A DNA stretch of 64,000 nt. Origin: a virus. A program made the position numbers and the translations under genes. Positions 30,234 to 38,687 of the stretch are shown piece by piece. The stretch spans positions 24,218 to 88,217 of the IMG/VR virus record IMGVR_UViG_3300031576_000021. One strand, 5' to 3'. Position 1 is the stretch's first letter. Each line of letters opens with the position of its first letter. Below the pieces are notes generated by a model. It was not told the origin of the DNA. It searched no databases and worked only from the letters and a program-made list of their open reading frames with translations.

Positions 30234-30407
30234 ATGCCACGTCGCAAGGTCAAGGCCGAACGTAAGGAAGCGGTTGTCCGGTTGCGGGTGACGGAGGAAC
30301 AGCGCCGCATGTTGTTCGCGGCAGCCCAGCACGCCGGGTTGGAGTTGAGCGCCTGGTTGCGTTCACTTGGGTTGCGGGAGGCCCGCCGAATCGAATCGTC
30401 CGCGTAG
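30234..30407 (+). CDS. Ribbon-helix-helix protein (MobC/DUF1778-like)
   Basis: VVRLRVTEEQRRML..AA...GLELSAWLRS. Confidence 0.8.
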   Translation: MPRRKVKAERKEAVVRLRVTEEQRRMLFAAAQHAGLELSAWLRSLGLREARRIESSA

Positions 30408-30561
30408 GGGGGGGGCTTGCGGTCAAGGCTCGTGCGGATTAGGTGGCAGGGTCGCCGCCTGAAACCCTAAGCGCTTGGCTGACTTGGGTGCGTCTTGGGT
30501 ATGGCCTTGATCGCGGGAACGCGATAGGTAGGCCAAAGAGGGAAGAGAAGAGCCCCTTGGC

Positions 30562-30653
30562 GGCGAGGTGTGTGAGCCAGGTTGAAACAGTCGGACTCAA
30601 AATCCGGTGAGCGCTTACCCGCTCCGTCCGTTCGAATCGGACCCTCGCCGCCA
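30562..30653 (+). tRNA. Class II tRNA, anticodon CAA (Leu), with serine-type body
   Basis: Acceptor GGCGAGG/CCTCGCC, G73, encoded CCA; D stem TGT/ACA; anticodon arm TCGGA-CTCAAAA-TCCGG; variable stem GAGCG/CGCTC; T arm GTCCG-TTCGAAT-CGGAC. Confidence 0.9.
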
Positions 30654-30737
30654 AGGCGCTTTTCTCTCGGTACGTGCCCCTTCTGCCCCTGCGCCAGCAT
30701 GTGCTGCGTGCAAGCTGGCAGCGCGTGCTAGCTATCG

Positions 30738-30770
30738 CATCTATTGGCCTGTTGCCGTCCTTGTGTCAAG
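30738..30770 (-). promoter_or_regulatory. Candidate promoter pointing antisense across the tRNA
   Basis: CTTGACACAA on the minus strand (30770-30761) followed by ...GGC like the other copies; -10 is weak. Confidence 0.45.
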
Positions 30771-31014
30771 CTGCGCTTGACTAGCCCGCGACCAACGGTC
30801 GCGCATGCTTGTTCGTGTTCCAACGCATTTCCCTAGGCTTAGCGGCGACCGTTCAACTTAGGACACTGGTTCATTCGACTTAGGACAGATAGCCCCTAAT
30901 TCGGACAGCGTCAAGCCAGGCACCCGTTTGGGGCATTGGGGGGGGCTTGATCAATTGCGGTGCTTGATTAATTGTTAAGGGCCCCATATGTAGGGGGGGC
31001 AGGCCGCAGGGGCA

Positions 31015-31221
31015 CTAGGGGGTCCAGGGAGGGGCCGTGGGGAAGTTGTAGGATTCGTAGCTCTGAGAGGCCGGATATTCCCCGACGATGCGTACTTTCG
31101 CGGCATGGCGCGATGCGGCCTCAAGCGATCGCGCCACACTCGCGTCGCGCCTCGTGCCATCCAGCTCGATGAAGAACATGTACGTTTCCGGCTGCCCGTG
31201 AACCGGCCTGGAGATGATCAC
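31015..31221 (-). pseudogene. pheA: 3' fragment of prephenate dehydratase (ACT domain)
   Basis: IISRPVHGQPETYMFFIELDG...D..V..SL...KVRIVGEYP matches PheA ACT consensus IESRP...YxFFIDxxG...LGSYP; no N-terminal part. Confidence 0.75.
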
Positions 31222-31596
31222 GGAGGAGCTGCGTCTCGACGTCAAGCTCGCCCTGGTGGGCCATGATCGCGGCAGGATCAACGGGCCGCGCGGGGAATCG
31301 GTGCGTCGGATGAACACGACATCGACAGCTCGACGACGACAACCTCAACGGAGGACATATCTGGACGATTGCCGAGCTGGCGGACGCGGCCCTGACTGCG
31401 TCCGACGCCGACGCCGCTCCCCACGCCAGATCAGCAGACGTTCCCCGGCATGAGCGCGGCACAGGCGAAGAACGATCCGAAGGGCGTCACGTTGCGGCGG
31501 CTCCGCCTCACGATAATAAGGGGCGGGCGGAAATGAAGACACGACGCGCGAGTGTCCTACTTAGGACAGCACCCCACGTCTATGGGGACGTGCGGT

Positions 31597-31851
31597 ATGG
31601 GTGACGACCAGCTCCTCTATCGCGGACTCGGCGAGCGTCACGACGAGACGCACGAGTTCATCCGCAAGCGGATCGAGCTGGGGCTGTCCGTGGAAGGAGC
31701 CGCGCGGCGCATGGGACTATCGCCCGATGTTGTCGAGGCACTCGAAGCGGGCAATCTCGTGTGCCGGGACGCGGACGGCTGGAAGCGGGTCCTGGCCCTG
31801 CTCGACGATCCCGAGGCCGAAGACTTGACACAAGACGAGAGAACCGGCTAG
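31597..31851 (+). CDS. XRE-family HTH protein
   Basis: IRKRIELGLSVEGAARRMGLSPDVVEALEAG. Confidence 0.75.
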   Translation: MGDDQLLYRGLGERHDETHEFIRKRIELGLSVEGAARRMGLSPDVVEALEAGNLVCRDADGWKRVLALLDDPEAEDLTQDERTG

Positions 31852-31854
31852 AGG
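31825..31854 (+). promoter_or_regulatory. Promoter TTGACA(CAA)-18-TAGAGG, leaderless
   Basis: ATG at 31862 lies 7 nt after the -10 hexamer. Confidence 0.7.
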
Positions 31855-31861
31855 GCAGCCC

Positions 31862-32548
31862 ATGGGGTTCCTCTACATCGCGTCGCACGGCGAGGGTGAC
31901 GAGCGGGAGTTCATCGGCGCGGTCGATCCCGTGACGCAAGAGTGGATGCCCTTTCTGGCCGAGACCGAGGATGACCTGGTGACACTGCGCGAGTATGCGC
32001 GGGCGTTTGCCGACCAGACCGGCGTGCGGGTGCTGCTCCGACGGTTCGAGACCGCCGCCGAGGAAATGATCGAGCCGTCGGGAGGGCATGATGGCGGAAG
32101 AGACGAGTCCGAAGCGCGGCCGGAAGCTGGTGAAGAATCGGCTACTGGCGCAGATCGACAAGGTGATGCGGGTCCTGGGCGAGATGACGCCGGAGGAGCT
32201 GGCGTTGGCGAAGCCGCACCTGGAGAAGGAGTACCCAGCACTGTTCCGGTAGTATGCCGCATGGCCCCACTGGATCATCTTTGCGGGTGCGGCCACACCG
32301 CCGATCATCACATGTGGGCAACGGGATTCGGCCCATGTCTCACCGATCGTTACGAGCATCTGGGGGTTGAGCGGTCGTGCGTTTTCTTCGACGGTTGCAA
32401 ACTGACCATCGCGTGTGTGATCGCCGTCGTGCATGAGCCCGGTGATTTGCCGGCCTTCATGACCGGCACCGCCGACGTGCTTCGGCATCCGTGCGGCCAT
32501 GTTGCCCGAGGAGAGCGATGCCCTGGCGAGGTCGAGGTGCCAGTATGA
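31862..32548 (+). CDS. Hypothetical protein, possibly a read-through fusion of two small genes
   Basis: Plausible N- and C-terminal parts; the middle overlaps another ORF. Confidence 0.5.
   Translation: MGFLYIASHGEGDEREFIGAVDPVTQEWMPFLAETEDDLVTLREYARAFADQTGVRVLLRRFETAAEEMIEPSGGHDGGRDESEARPEAGEESATGADRQGDAGPGRDDAGGAGVGEAAPGEGVPSTVPVVCRMAPLDHLCGCGHTADHHMWATGFGPCLTDRYEHLGVERSCVFFDGCKLTIACVIAVVHEPGDLPAFMTGTADVLRHPCGHVARGERCPGEVEVPV
32088..32252 (+). CDS. 54-aa helical protein nested out of frame in 31862..32548
   Basis: GGAGGG RBS; MMAEETSPKRGRKLVKNRLLAQIDKVMRVL... Confidence 0.5.
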   Translation: MMAEETSPKRGRKLVKNRLLAQIDKVMRVLGEMTPEELALAKPHLEKEYPALFR

Positions 32549-32904
32549 CCGGCGCAGCGGCAGCGGCCCTGCTCGGGCTGGAAGCGGCGTACGTCGAGGC
32601 GATGGTGTCCCGCGACGCCGTGGCGTTGTGCGCGGCGGTGCCGGCCGCGTTCCGGGCGAAGGCTAAAGCAGCGCATCCGGATGCTGGCGGTACGGCGGGC
32701 GAGATGCGGCGCTTGATCGAGGCGCGCGACGTCCTGCTCGAATGGCGCCCGCGCCGGCCGATCCTTCGGCCGATCAAAGTCAACGTGACCGAGGGCATGG
32801 CGATGCCGGTGGAGATGCGCGAGGCGCTTCACCGGGGATTCGTCGATGCGTGGGGCGAATACAAACGGACAGGACAACGGTCGAGAGTGACCGTGCGATG
32901 GTAA
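32545..32904 (+). CDS. J-domain (DnaJ-like) protein
   Basis: AFRAKAKAAHPDAGG...MRRLIEARDVL with HPD motif. Confidence 0.75.
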   Translation: MTGAAAAALLGLEAAYVEAMVSRDAVALCAAVPAAFRAKAKAAHPDAGGTAGEMRRLIEARDVLLEWRPRRPILRPIKVNVTEGMAMPVEMREALHRGFVDAWGEYKRTGQRSRVTVRW

Positions 32905-32914
32905 GGAGGGTCGG

Positions 32915-33193
32915 ATGAAGCCGAGACTGTATCTTCACGTGGTGTTCGATGCAGCGCAGAAGCTGTGGCAAGTGAAGCGGGCGAATCGGTCGCGGATGGC
33001 GCGTGCCGAGCGGGGCGCGATGCCCATCCGGCAGGAGCCGACGAAGTCCCTAGTGCTCGCGTGGGCGCGGATCTACGGCCGTGAGTGTTGGGACGTGCAT
33101 CAGCAGCCCGTGCAGCTGGTCATTCACAATCGTAACGGTCGTTTCCAGCCGGATGCGACCTATGGGGCCGACCCCAGGAAGAGCAAGGGCTGA
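32915..33193 (+). CDS. DUF2188-like protein
   Basis: WQVKR...QLVIHNRNGRFQ..TYGADP...KG. Confidence 0.75.
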   Translation: MKPRLYLHVVFDAAQKLWQVKRANRSRMARAERGAMPIRQEPTKSLVLAWARIYGRECWDVHQQPVQLVIHNRNGRFQPDATYGADPRKSKG

Positions 33194-33765
33194 TGCTCGC
33201 CATCCTCGACAAGATCGCGGAGCTACGGCGCCGGCTCGTGTCGGAGGTATGGATCGAACGGGCAGCGGTAGCCCTCGCCGAATCGTACTTGGCCGAAATG
33301 GCCGAGATCGCCGAGGTCGACGAGCAGCACCACAAGCTGGCGTGGGCCGAGCTACGGAACGTCGAGCGGGTGCTCGAAGGCAGTCAGACGGACCGGCAGG
33401 CCGAAGTCACAGGGAGTGCACCGGCCTACGGCCCCGGCTATACGCGCCCGTACCCGCCCGTCGTGGCGGAGAGGCTACTGACCGAGCTGGCGAAGCATCG
33501 GCGACTGTACGAAATGGAGCGCGGCGCGCGAGTCGACATGGAAAAGAAGGTGGCCGCAGTCGAAGCCACGATCCAGGCGCGCGTAGCGGAGGCGACGAAG
33601 ACGATTCACGCGGCGATCGGCGCGTGCGAACTGCGCCTCGATGCGACGCAGGCGGCGCTCGCGAAGTCGCTGGCGGCTCACGAATACGCGGTGCATCTCA
33701 AGACTTGTCGCCTAGCCCGAACCAAGCGGGGTCCGTGCAGCTGCGGACTGGCGGAACTGCTGTGA
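33193..33765 (+). CDS. Coiled-coil hypothetical protein
   Basis: Coupled ORF; C-terminal H...C...CSCG. Confidence 0.55.
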   Translation: MLAILDKIAELRRRLVSEVWIERAAVALAESYLAEMAEIAEVDEQHHKLAWAELRNVERVLEGSQTDRQAEVTGSAPAYGPGYTRPYPPVVAERLLTELAKHRRLYEMERGARVDMEKKVAAVEATIQARVAEATKTIHAAIGACELRLDATQAALAKSLAAHEYAVHLKTCRLARTKRGPCSCGLAELL

Positions 33766-34151
33766 GCCAAGCCGACCTCTTCGACACGCCGAGCAAGAGC
33801 CCGCTCACTCGGTACATGCAGGGGGCACCGCCGGTTCGCTCTGTCGAGGCCACTCAGAAGGCGCTGGGCGCAATGGATCGGCACGTGTCGGAAGAATGGC
33901 GGCAGGCGGCGTTGACGGCCCTGCGCCTCGTCGCTTGGCGGCTCGACGAGTTCACGACCGACGACGTCCAGGGGCAGATGCGCCGCGCGGCTCCTCCCGG
34001 GGACCCCCGGGCCTGGGGGATCGTCATGCAGGAGGCAGCCCGCCGTGGCTGGATCACGCGCACCGAACGGGTCCGCGCCAGCCAGCAGACGGCGAACCAC
34101 GGGCGGCACAAGCAGGTCTGGCTGAGCCGGATCGTGCAGCACGATGCGTGA
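33762..34151 (+). CDS. Phage hypothetical protein, winged-helix-like
   Basis: EFTTDDV...DPRAWGIVMQEAARRGWI...VWLS. Confidence 0.65.
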   Translation: MSQADLFDTPSKSPLTRYMQGAPPVRSVEATQKALGAMDRHVSEEWRQAALTALRLVAWRLDEFTTDDVQGQMRRAAPPGDPRAWGIVMQEAARRGWITRTERVRASQQTANHGRHKQVWLSRIVQHDA

Positions 34152-34190
34152 AGTGGGTGCACTCACGATAAGGCACCAACGGCGACGCTC

Positions 34191-34427
34191 GTGAGCTGGT
34201 TGCCGGTGGTGCATATGGTGGCGGAACTGAAAGAGTGGATCTTCCCGCCGCAGCTGGCGGATGATCCGCAGCACCGCGCGGCGTTTCTTACCGAAGAAGC
34301 CGATCGGATACGAGCCGAGGCTGGCGATCGTACCAAGTCTCCTGACGAACGCGACCGGCTGACGCAGTTGTGCGTGAAGTTCTACGAGCGGGCGCGGTCG
34401 TTGCGGTTGAGCACTGAAGAGAGATGA
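34191..34427 (+). CDS. Hypothetical protein
   Basis: 78 aa, coupled to next gene. Confidence 0.45.
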   Translation: MSWLPVVHMVAELKEWIFPPQLADDPQHRAAFLTEEADRIRAEAGDRTKSPDERDRLTQLCVKFYERARSLRLSTEER

Positions 34428-34861
34428 CCGCCTCGCGACAGACCGAGTGGGAGCACACGCTGGCGTGGATCGCCCAGCATACGGGGCCCGCCCATACTGT
34501 GCGGTGGGGGTTTGAAGGGACGGGACGGCTGCGGTGCCGGTGCGGACGCACCACAATGACGCCGCTTACCGGACTCACACGACGCGGCTGGTGGGAGCGT
34601 GGCGCCGGTGCCGTGATTCTTGTCTTCCTGAGCTGGGCCACGGGCGCCGTCTTCATGTGGCTGGCGACCTCTCTCCCCGGATGGTCCCCGCGGGCGATGC
34701 CCGCCACGGTGGCGATGCCGGCTTGTCCGGAGGAGGGCAACATGATGTGGCCTGCGAACAACCTTCAGCGCATTGAGACGCCGGCAACAGAGACGCTCCT
34801 CTCGTCCCCGCCATCTACTGCCCCATTGATCCCCGATCCGTGTGAGGGCGATCTTGGCTGA
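34424..34861 (+). CDS. Membrane-anchored hypothetical protein
   Basis: One hydrophobic helix AVILVFLSWATGAVFMWLA. Confidence 0.5.
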   Translation: MTASRQTEWEHTLAWIAQHTGPAHTVRWGFEGTGRLRCRCGRTTMTPLTGLTRRGWWERGAGAVILVFLSWATGAVFMWLATSLPGWSPRAMPATVAMPACPEEGNMMWPANNLQRIETPATETLLSSPPSTAPLIPDPCEGDLG

Positions 34862-35027
34862 TGGACGTGGTGGGGCTACTACTGTTGATCGCGGTCGGCT
34901 TCGCGCTTGGTGCGCTGCTATCGACCTTTGGGTTTCAAGCTATCCATAAGCACGGGCACTACGGCCACACGCGCTGCGCGGAGTGTAGCCGGAGAGGTGG
35001 ACCCAGAAGAGCGAAAGGGGAACGGTC

Positions 35028-36956
35028 ATGACGAACAAGCGGTGGACAGTGGAGCGGTGGACAGTAGTCGAAGTGCTCGTGGTGGTGCTGACCGTGGCCG
35101 CAGTCTGTCTCTTGCTCGGACGCTCGGCGTTTGCGGCCACACGCCTTGTCGACGGCGCCTGCGCTACCTCGGGGTCAGGGGCGGGCCGTGTCTGCGGAAC
35201 GGCAGGACCCTTCCGCACGATCGCCGAGGGCGTGCTTGCCATGCAGCCAGGCGACACCCTGGCGATGCGCGGGGCGCACGACGGCTTCGACGGCGTGTAC
35301 TACGAACCCGTCACGCTGCGCGGCGGCGGCCTCCCTGGGAAGGCGCTGGTCTGTACCGCTGCCCAGCGCTGCCTCATCACGAGCTGCGCGCCGCCGGACT
35401 GCCCGACGGCCGAGCACGCCACGGTGCGCGTCATGGAGTCGCTCACGGAATGGGCGCCCTATCCGGGCTTCCCAGGCGCCTACGGCCAAGCGACTACGGT
35501 TGCCACGGATCTCGACGCGAACGACGTGCGCGACTCCCGCGCGGGTGATCCCCGGATGGTCATGCAGCGGAGCGGCGACACCTTCGTCCCGCTCGCCTAC
35601 GCGGGGGACGGAATGATCCCTGGCGACGGCCGCTGGTCGTTCACGGCCGATGGGACGCATGTCGTCACGGTCAACCCGATCGGTGACGCCCCGATCGCCG
35701 ATGTGTTCGTGCCACGCTACAGCTACGGCGTGCTGCTCGGGGCACCGTCCGCGCATGTCACGCTGCGGAACTTTACCGTCCAGGGGCCGCGACATGTCGG
35801 CATCCAGTCCTATGCAAGCCCCCCTGGCATGACCGGGCTCGTGATCGAGGACGTGACGGTGCAGTTCTTTCCCCGCCACGGCATCCGCACGACGAACGGG
35901 GCCATCGCGCCCGTGATCCGACGCGTCCGCGTCGAGCAGGGCTGCCGCGGCCTGTCCTGGGCGCTCTCGACGGGCGATGGCTGCTTCGGCTACCGGCTGT
36001 TCTCGATCCACGGTGGGCAGGTGACGGAGAACTACGCTGGCCATCTTGGGAGCGCCGGCCGTATCCGGCTCTCGAACCCGACGAACCCGACCGGCTCGCC
36101 CTGGCCCTGTCCCTGGTGCGATCTGCCGTGGAACACGACCGGCGCGACGGAAGTCTCGACGACGGGCGTCGCCTTCAACGTGAAGCAAACGGGTTTGGTC
36201 GGTGCCGACGGCGTCTCGGCGCTCTCGGAGACGCTCGTCGAGGGCAACCGCGTCGAGGATATTTCCTTCGCCGCGTTCTCGATCGACACGGCGTTCGGTG
36301 TGCGCGTGCGCGGCAACGTGATCTTTCGCGCCCGCATGGGGATGACGCAGGACGTGTTCACGCCGAGCGGGCAGTGGCAGCAGGCGTACGACAATACCTA
36401 CGAGTGGAGCCAGATCGAAGATGCCGAGATCGGGTTCAGCGTACAGGACACGCCGGTTCCTGCCGGCCATCGGCTTGCGCAATTCGGTCCTGACAATCTG
36501 TTCATCCGCACGGGGACGCCCTGGCGGCCGTTGCCGAGCGGCGTCCTCGTCGTCGGCGAAAACCGGGTGCAGGACGGTCCGGCCACCACGTCGAGTACAT
36601 CGTCCAGCACGAGCACGAGCAGTACGAGCCTCCCACCAACGACCACGAGCAGTAGCTCCTCGTCGTCCAGTAGCACGTCAACCAGCAGCTCGTCTTCTTC
36701 GACGAGTAGCAGTAGCTCGTCGTCCTCGTCGAGCACCAGTAGCAGCACCAGCTCGACGGCTCCCCCGACCACGTTGCCGCCGACAACCACCACGCTTCAG
36801 CCCACGCCCACGACGACGCTGCCCTGTCGCACACTGAATCAGCGGTGCACCAAGGACGGCCCGGATCGCCTCTGCTGCGCTACGACCCTCAAGGGTGTGC
36901 CGCTGGAGTGCCGCGGACGGGCGCTGACCGCGACGTGCCACAAGGTGCAATCATAA
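35028..36956 (+). CDS. Exported right-handed beta-helix (pectin-lyase-like) protein with Ser/Thr linker and 6-Cys C-terminal module
   Basis: Signal peptide ending AFA; PFRTIxxG...PGDTL; VTLRNFTV, VIEDVTV, VEGNRV, VRGNVI; long S/T tract. Confidence 0.75.
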   Translation: MTNKRWTVERWTVVEVLVVVLTVAAVCLLLGRSAFAATRLVDGACATSGSGAGRVCGTAGPFRTIAEGVLAMQPGDTLAMRGAHDGFDGVYYEPVTLRGGGLPGKALVCTAAQRCLITSCAPPDCPTAEHATVRVMESLTEWAPYPGFPGAYGQATTVATDLDANDVRDSRAGDPRMVMQRSGDTFVPLAYAGDGMIPGDGRWSFTADGTHVVTVNPIGDAPIADVFVPRYSYGVLLGAPSAHVTLRNFTVQGPRHVGIQSYASPPGMTGLVIEDVTVQFFPRHGIRTTNGAIAPVIRRVRVEQGCRGLSWALSTGDGCFGYRLFSIHGGQVTENYAGHLGSAGRIRLSNPTNPTGSPWPCPWCDLPWNTTGATEVSTTGVAFNVKQTGLVGADGVSALSETLVEGNRVEDISFAAFSIDTAFGVRVRGNVIFRARMGMTQDVFTPSGQWQQAYDNTYEWSQIEDAEIGFSVQDTPVPAGHRLAQFGPDNLFIRTGTPWRPLPSGVLVVGENRVQDGPATTSSTSSSTSTSSTSLPPTTTSSSSSSSSSTSTSSSSSSTSSSSSSSSSSTSSSTSSTAPPTTLPPTTTTLQPTPTTTLPCRTLNQRCTKDGPDRLCCATTLKGVPLECRGRALTATCHKVQS

Positions 36957-37137
36957 TCGGCTTCGACAGAGGCAGGCGGCCCAGCATGCCCACTAAACCC
37001 AAACGCGAGTGTCCGAGCCCTCGTGCCGATGCCGAGCGTGGGATTCACTGTGAACACTGGTACGACGGCGATTCGTGCTGCCGTTGTCACGCGCCGGCGA
37101 TGACTGACCAGGAAAAGCGCGCGCAGGGCATGGTGGA

Positions 37138-37845
37138 ATGACCCCCAACGAACAAGAACGCCTCCTCGCCATCCTCGAAGGGCGGGAGGTGGGAAGAATC
37201 TGTCCAATATGTGAAGGCGGAAGATCGACTTCACGTCCATGCTCCAATTGTAAGGGTGTCGGTCGCGTCCGTACGCAGCCCGAGGGGCGGATTGAGGAAG
37301 CGGCGGCAACACTGCATCGCGCTCGGGATTCCTGGCAGCACGACGCGAAAATCTACGCGGAGAACGCGGCCAAGAATGCAGCCGAACGCGACACGGCCCT
37401 GGCTCGTGCAGAGTGGGCAGAAGCGCGCGTGAGCGAATTGGTGACGACGCTGGACACGTACGTCGGCACGCCATGTGAGCAGATACGCCACCGTGAGCAG
37501 GTCGAAGCCTACGAGCAGCAAGGAGCGAAGCTGGCGGAGATGTCCATAGCAGGCTACCAAATGTCAGCAGAGCTGGAACACTACCGGCAAGAGGAATGCC
37601 CACGATTGACACGCGAACGCAACGCGGCTCTGGCCCGTGCGGAGCGGGCGGAAGCGGACAAGACAGCCTGCCTCGAAGCCGTGCGGGCGATGCATCGCGC
37701 GGGAGAGGCCCTCGCCGAAGAACTCCAAGAAGATGACCCATTCATGGCGGAGCAGATTGCTTGGTTCAACACCGCGCTTGACTGCGCCGAAAAAACGATC
37801 AAGGACTTCGATTCCCTATTCCGGAAGCGACCCGGTGGCTGGTAA
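37138..37845 (+). CDS. Zn-ribbon plus coiled-coil hypothetical protein
   Basis: CPICEG...CSNCKGVG; heptad repeats. Confidence 0.55.
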   Translation: MTPNEQERLLAILEGREVGRICPICEGGRSTSRPCSNCKGVGRVRTQPEGRIEEAAATLHRARDSWQHDAKIYAENAAKNAAERDTALARAEWAEARVSELVTTLDTYVGTPCEQIRHREQVEAYEQQGAKLAEMSIAGYQMSAELEHYRQEECPRLTRERNAALARAERAEADKTACLEAVRAMHRAGEALAEELQEDDPFMAEQIAWFNTALDCAEKTIKDFDSLFRKRPGGW

Positions 37846-38138
37846 TGGCGGTTGAACGCATAGAGGAGGCCATTACCGGAAAGGCGGGAGGAGCGGTGAC
37901 GGTGCCGGGGCACTCGCTCGCGCCACAATCTCGACAGGTCGAGCGTTTTCTTGTAGAGCGTCTCCATGTCGGGTGGGGGCCCGGCCGGGAAGGATGGGTG
38001 GAAGTTGTTGAGACCGCGGGTGGCCCTCGTCATGCTGAGCGCAATCGGCGTGTGTCAGCGGCCGTTCTATCCCGATAGCGTGCCGCTCTCCATGTTTCAG
38101 AGTGGTATGGCCTTTCAGGACGGCCACACGAGGTAATA

Positions 38139-38687
38139 ATGACGCTGTTCAACGGCACTTTGCGCGCCTTCTCTCTCGCCATTCTCTCCGCGGTGATGCT
38201 CGCCCTCGGTATTGCGCTCCTCCAATGGGCACTTGACGTGGGGCCGTGGCGCGAATTGATGCCGCACTACGTGTGCTGGCAAGAGCGCACCGGGCTGATT
38301 TGGACGACCGCTGTGGCGGATTGCGCGATCTGGGTCGCGTACTGGAGCTTTCCGCTACAGATCGCTTGGCTCACGCGGTTCGGCCACCTGCCCTTTCCGG
38401 GGCTCATGTGGATGATCGGCACCTTCGTGATGGCGTGCGGGGCCACTCATGCGATGGATCTGTGGACGATCTGGACGCCGACCTATTATGCCGCGGCCGT
38501 CGTCAAGATGCTCACCGCGATCGTCTCGCTGACGTGCGTCGGTGTCACGGCGGTCGGCATCGGCTCTCTCGGGCGGCAGCGGCCGGAGACCGCGGCGCGG
38601 CTGCGCCGACTCGCAGAACGTGTTCGAGAGGTGGATCCCGATGCGGCGGCGATCCTAGACCAGTTGGCGCGGAGCTTCCATGCCTGA
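38139..38687 (+). CDS. Stand-alone ETR1-type ethylene/copper-binding membrane domain
   Basis: ADxxIxxAYxSxPxxI, FxxxCGATH, KxxTAxVS as in ethylene receptors; no GAF or kinase domain. Confidence 0.75.
   Translation: MTLFNGTLRAFSLAILSAVMLALGIALLQWALDVGPWRELMPHYVCWQERTGLIWTTAVADCAIWVAYWSFPLQIAWLTRFGHLPFPGLMWMIGTFVMACGATHAMDLWTIWTPTYYAAAVVKMLTAIVSLTCVGVTAVGIGSLGRQRPETAARLRRLAERVREVDPDAAAILDQLARSFHA

Larger units (their letters stand above)
29158..30912 (-). mobile_element. Inner autonomous IS1-family element (1755 bp) with passenger RHH and tRNA
   Basis: Ends GGTGCTGTCCTACTTAGG and CCTAATTCGGACAGCGTC; 8-bp direct repeat AAGCCAGG at 29150-29157 and 30913-30920; subterminal TTAGGACA copies. Confidence 0.9.
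28980..31573. mobile_element. Outer non-autonomous IS1-family element (831 bp net of the inner element) carrying host gene fragments
   Basis: Inverted ends GGTGCTGTCCTAA / TTAGGACAGCACC; 8-bp direct repeat CCACGTCT at 28972-28979 and 31574-31581. Confidence 0.85.

Noticed and set aside
30439-30700. Minus-strand ORFs 30439..30654 and 30467..30700
   Set aside because: Typical translations of a tRNA reverse complement (RFERT...RILSP)
31015-31221. pheA 3' fragment as an attP gene-restoring segment, with the DDE enzyme as phage integrase
   Set aside because: The fragment lies inside an element bounded by inverted ends and a perfect 8-bp TSD; ordinary IS insertion explains it better
29163-31568. 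TGTCCTACTTAGGACA palindromes as operators of the XRE protein
   Set aside because: They coincide with IS ends next to target duplications and were not seen elsewhere in the window
36583-36820. Low-complexity AGC/ACG/TCG-rich stretch
   Set aside because: Encodes the Ser/Thr linker of the beta-helix protein
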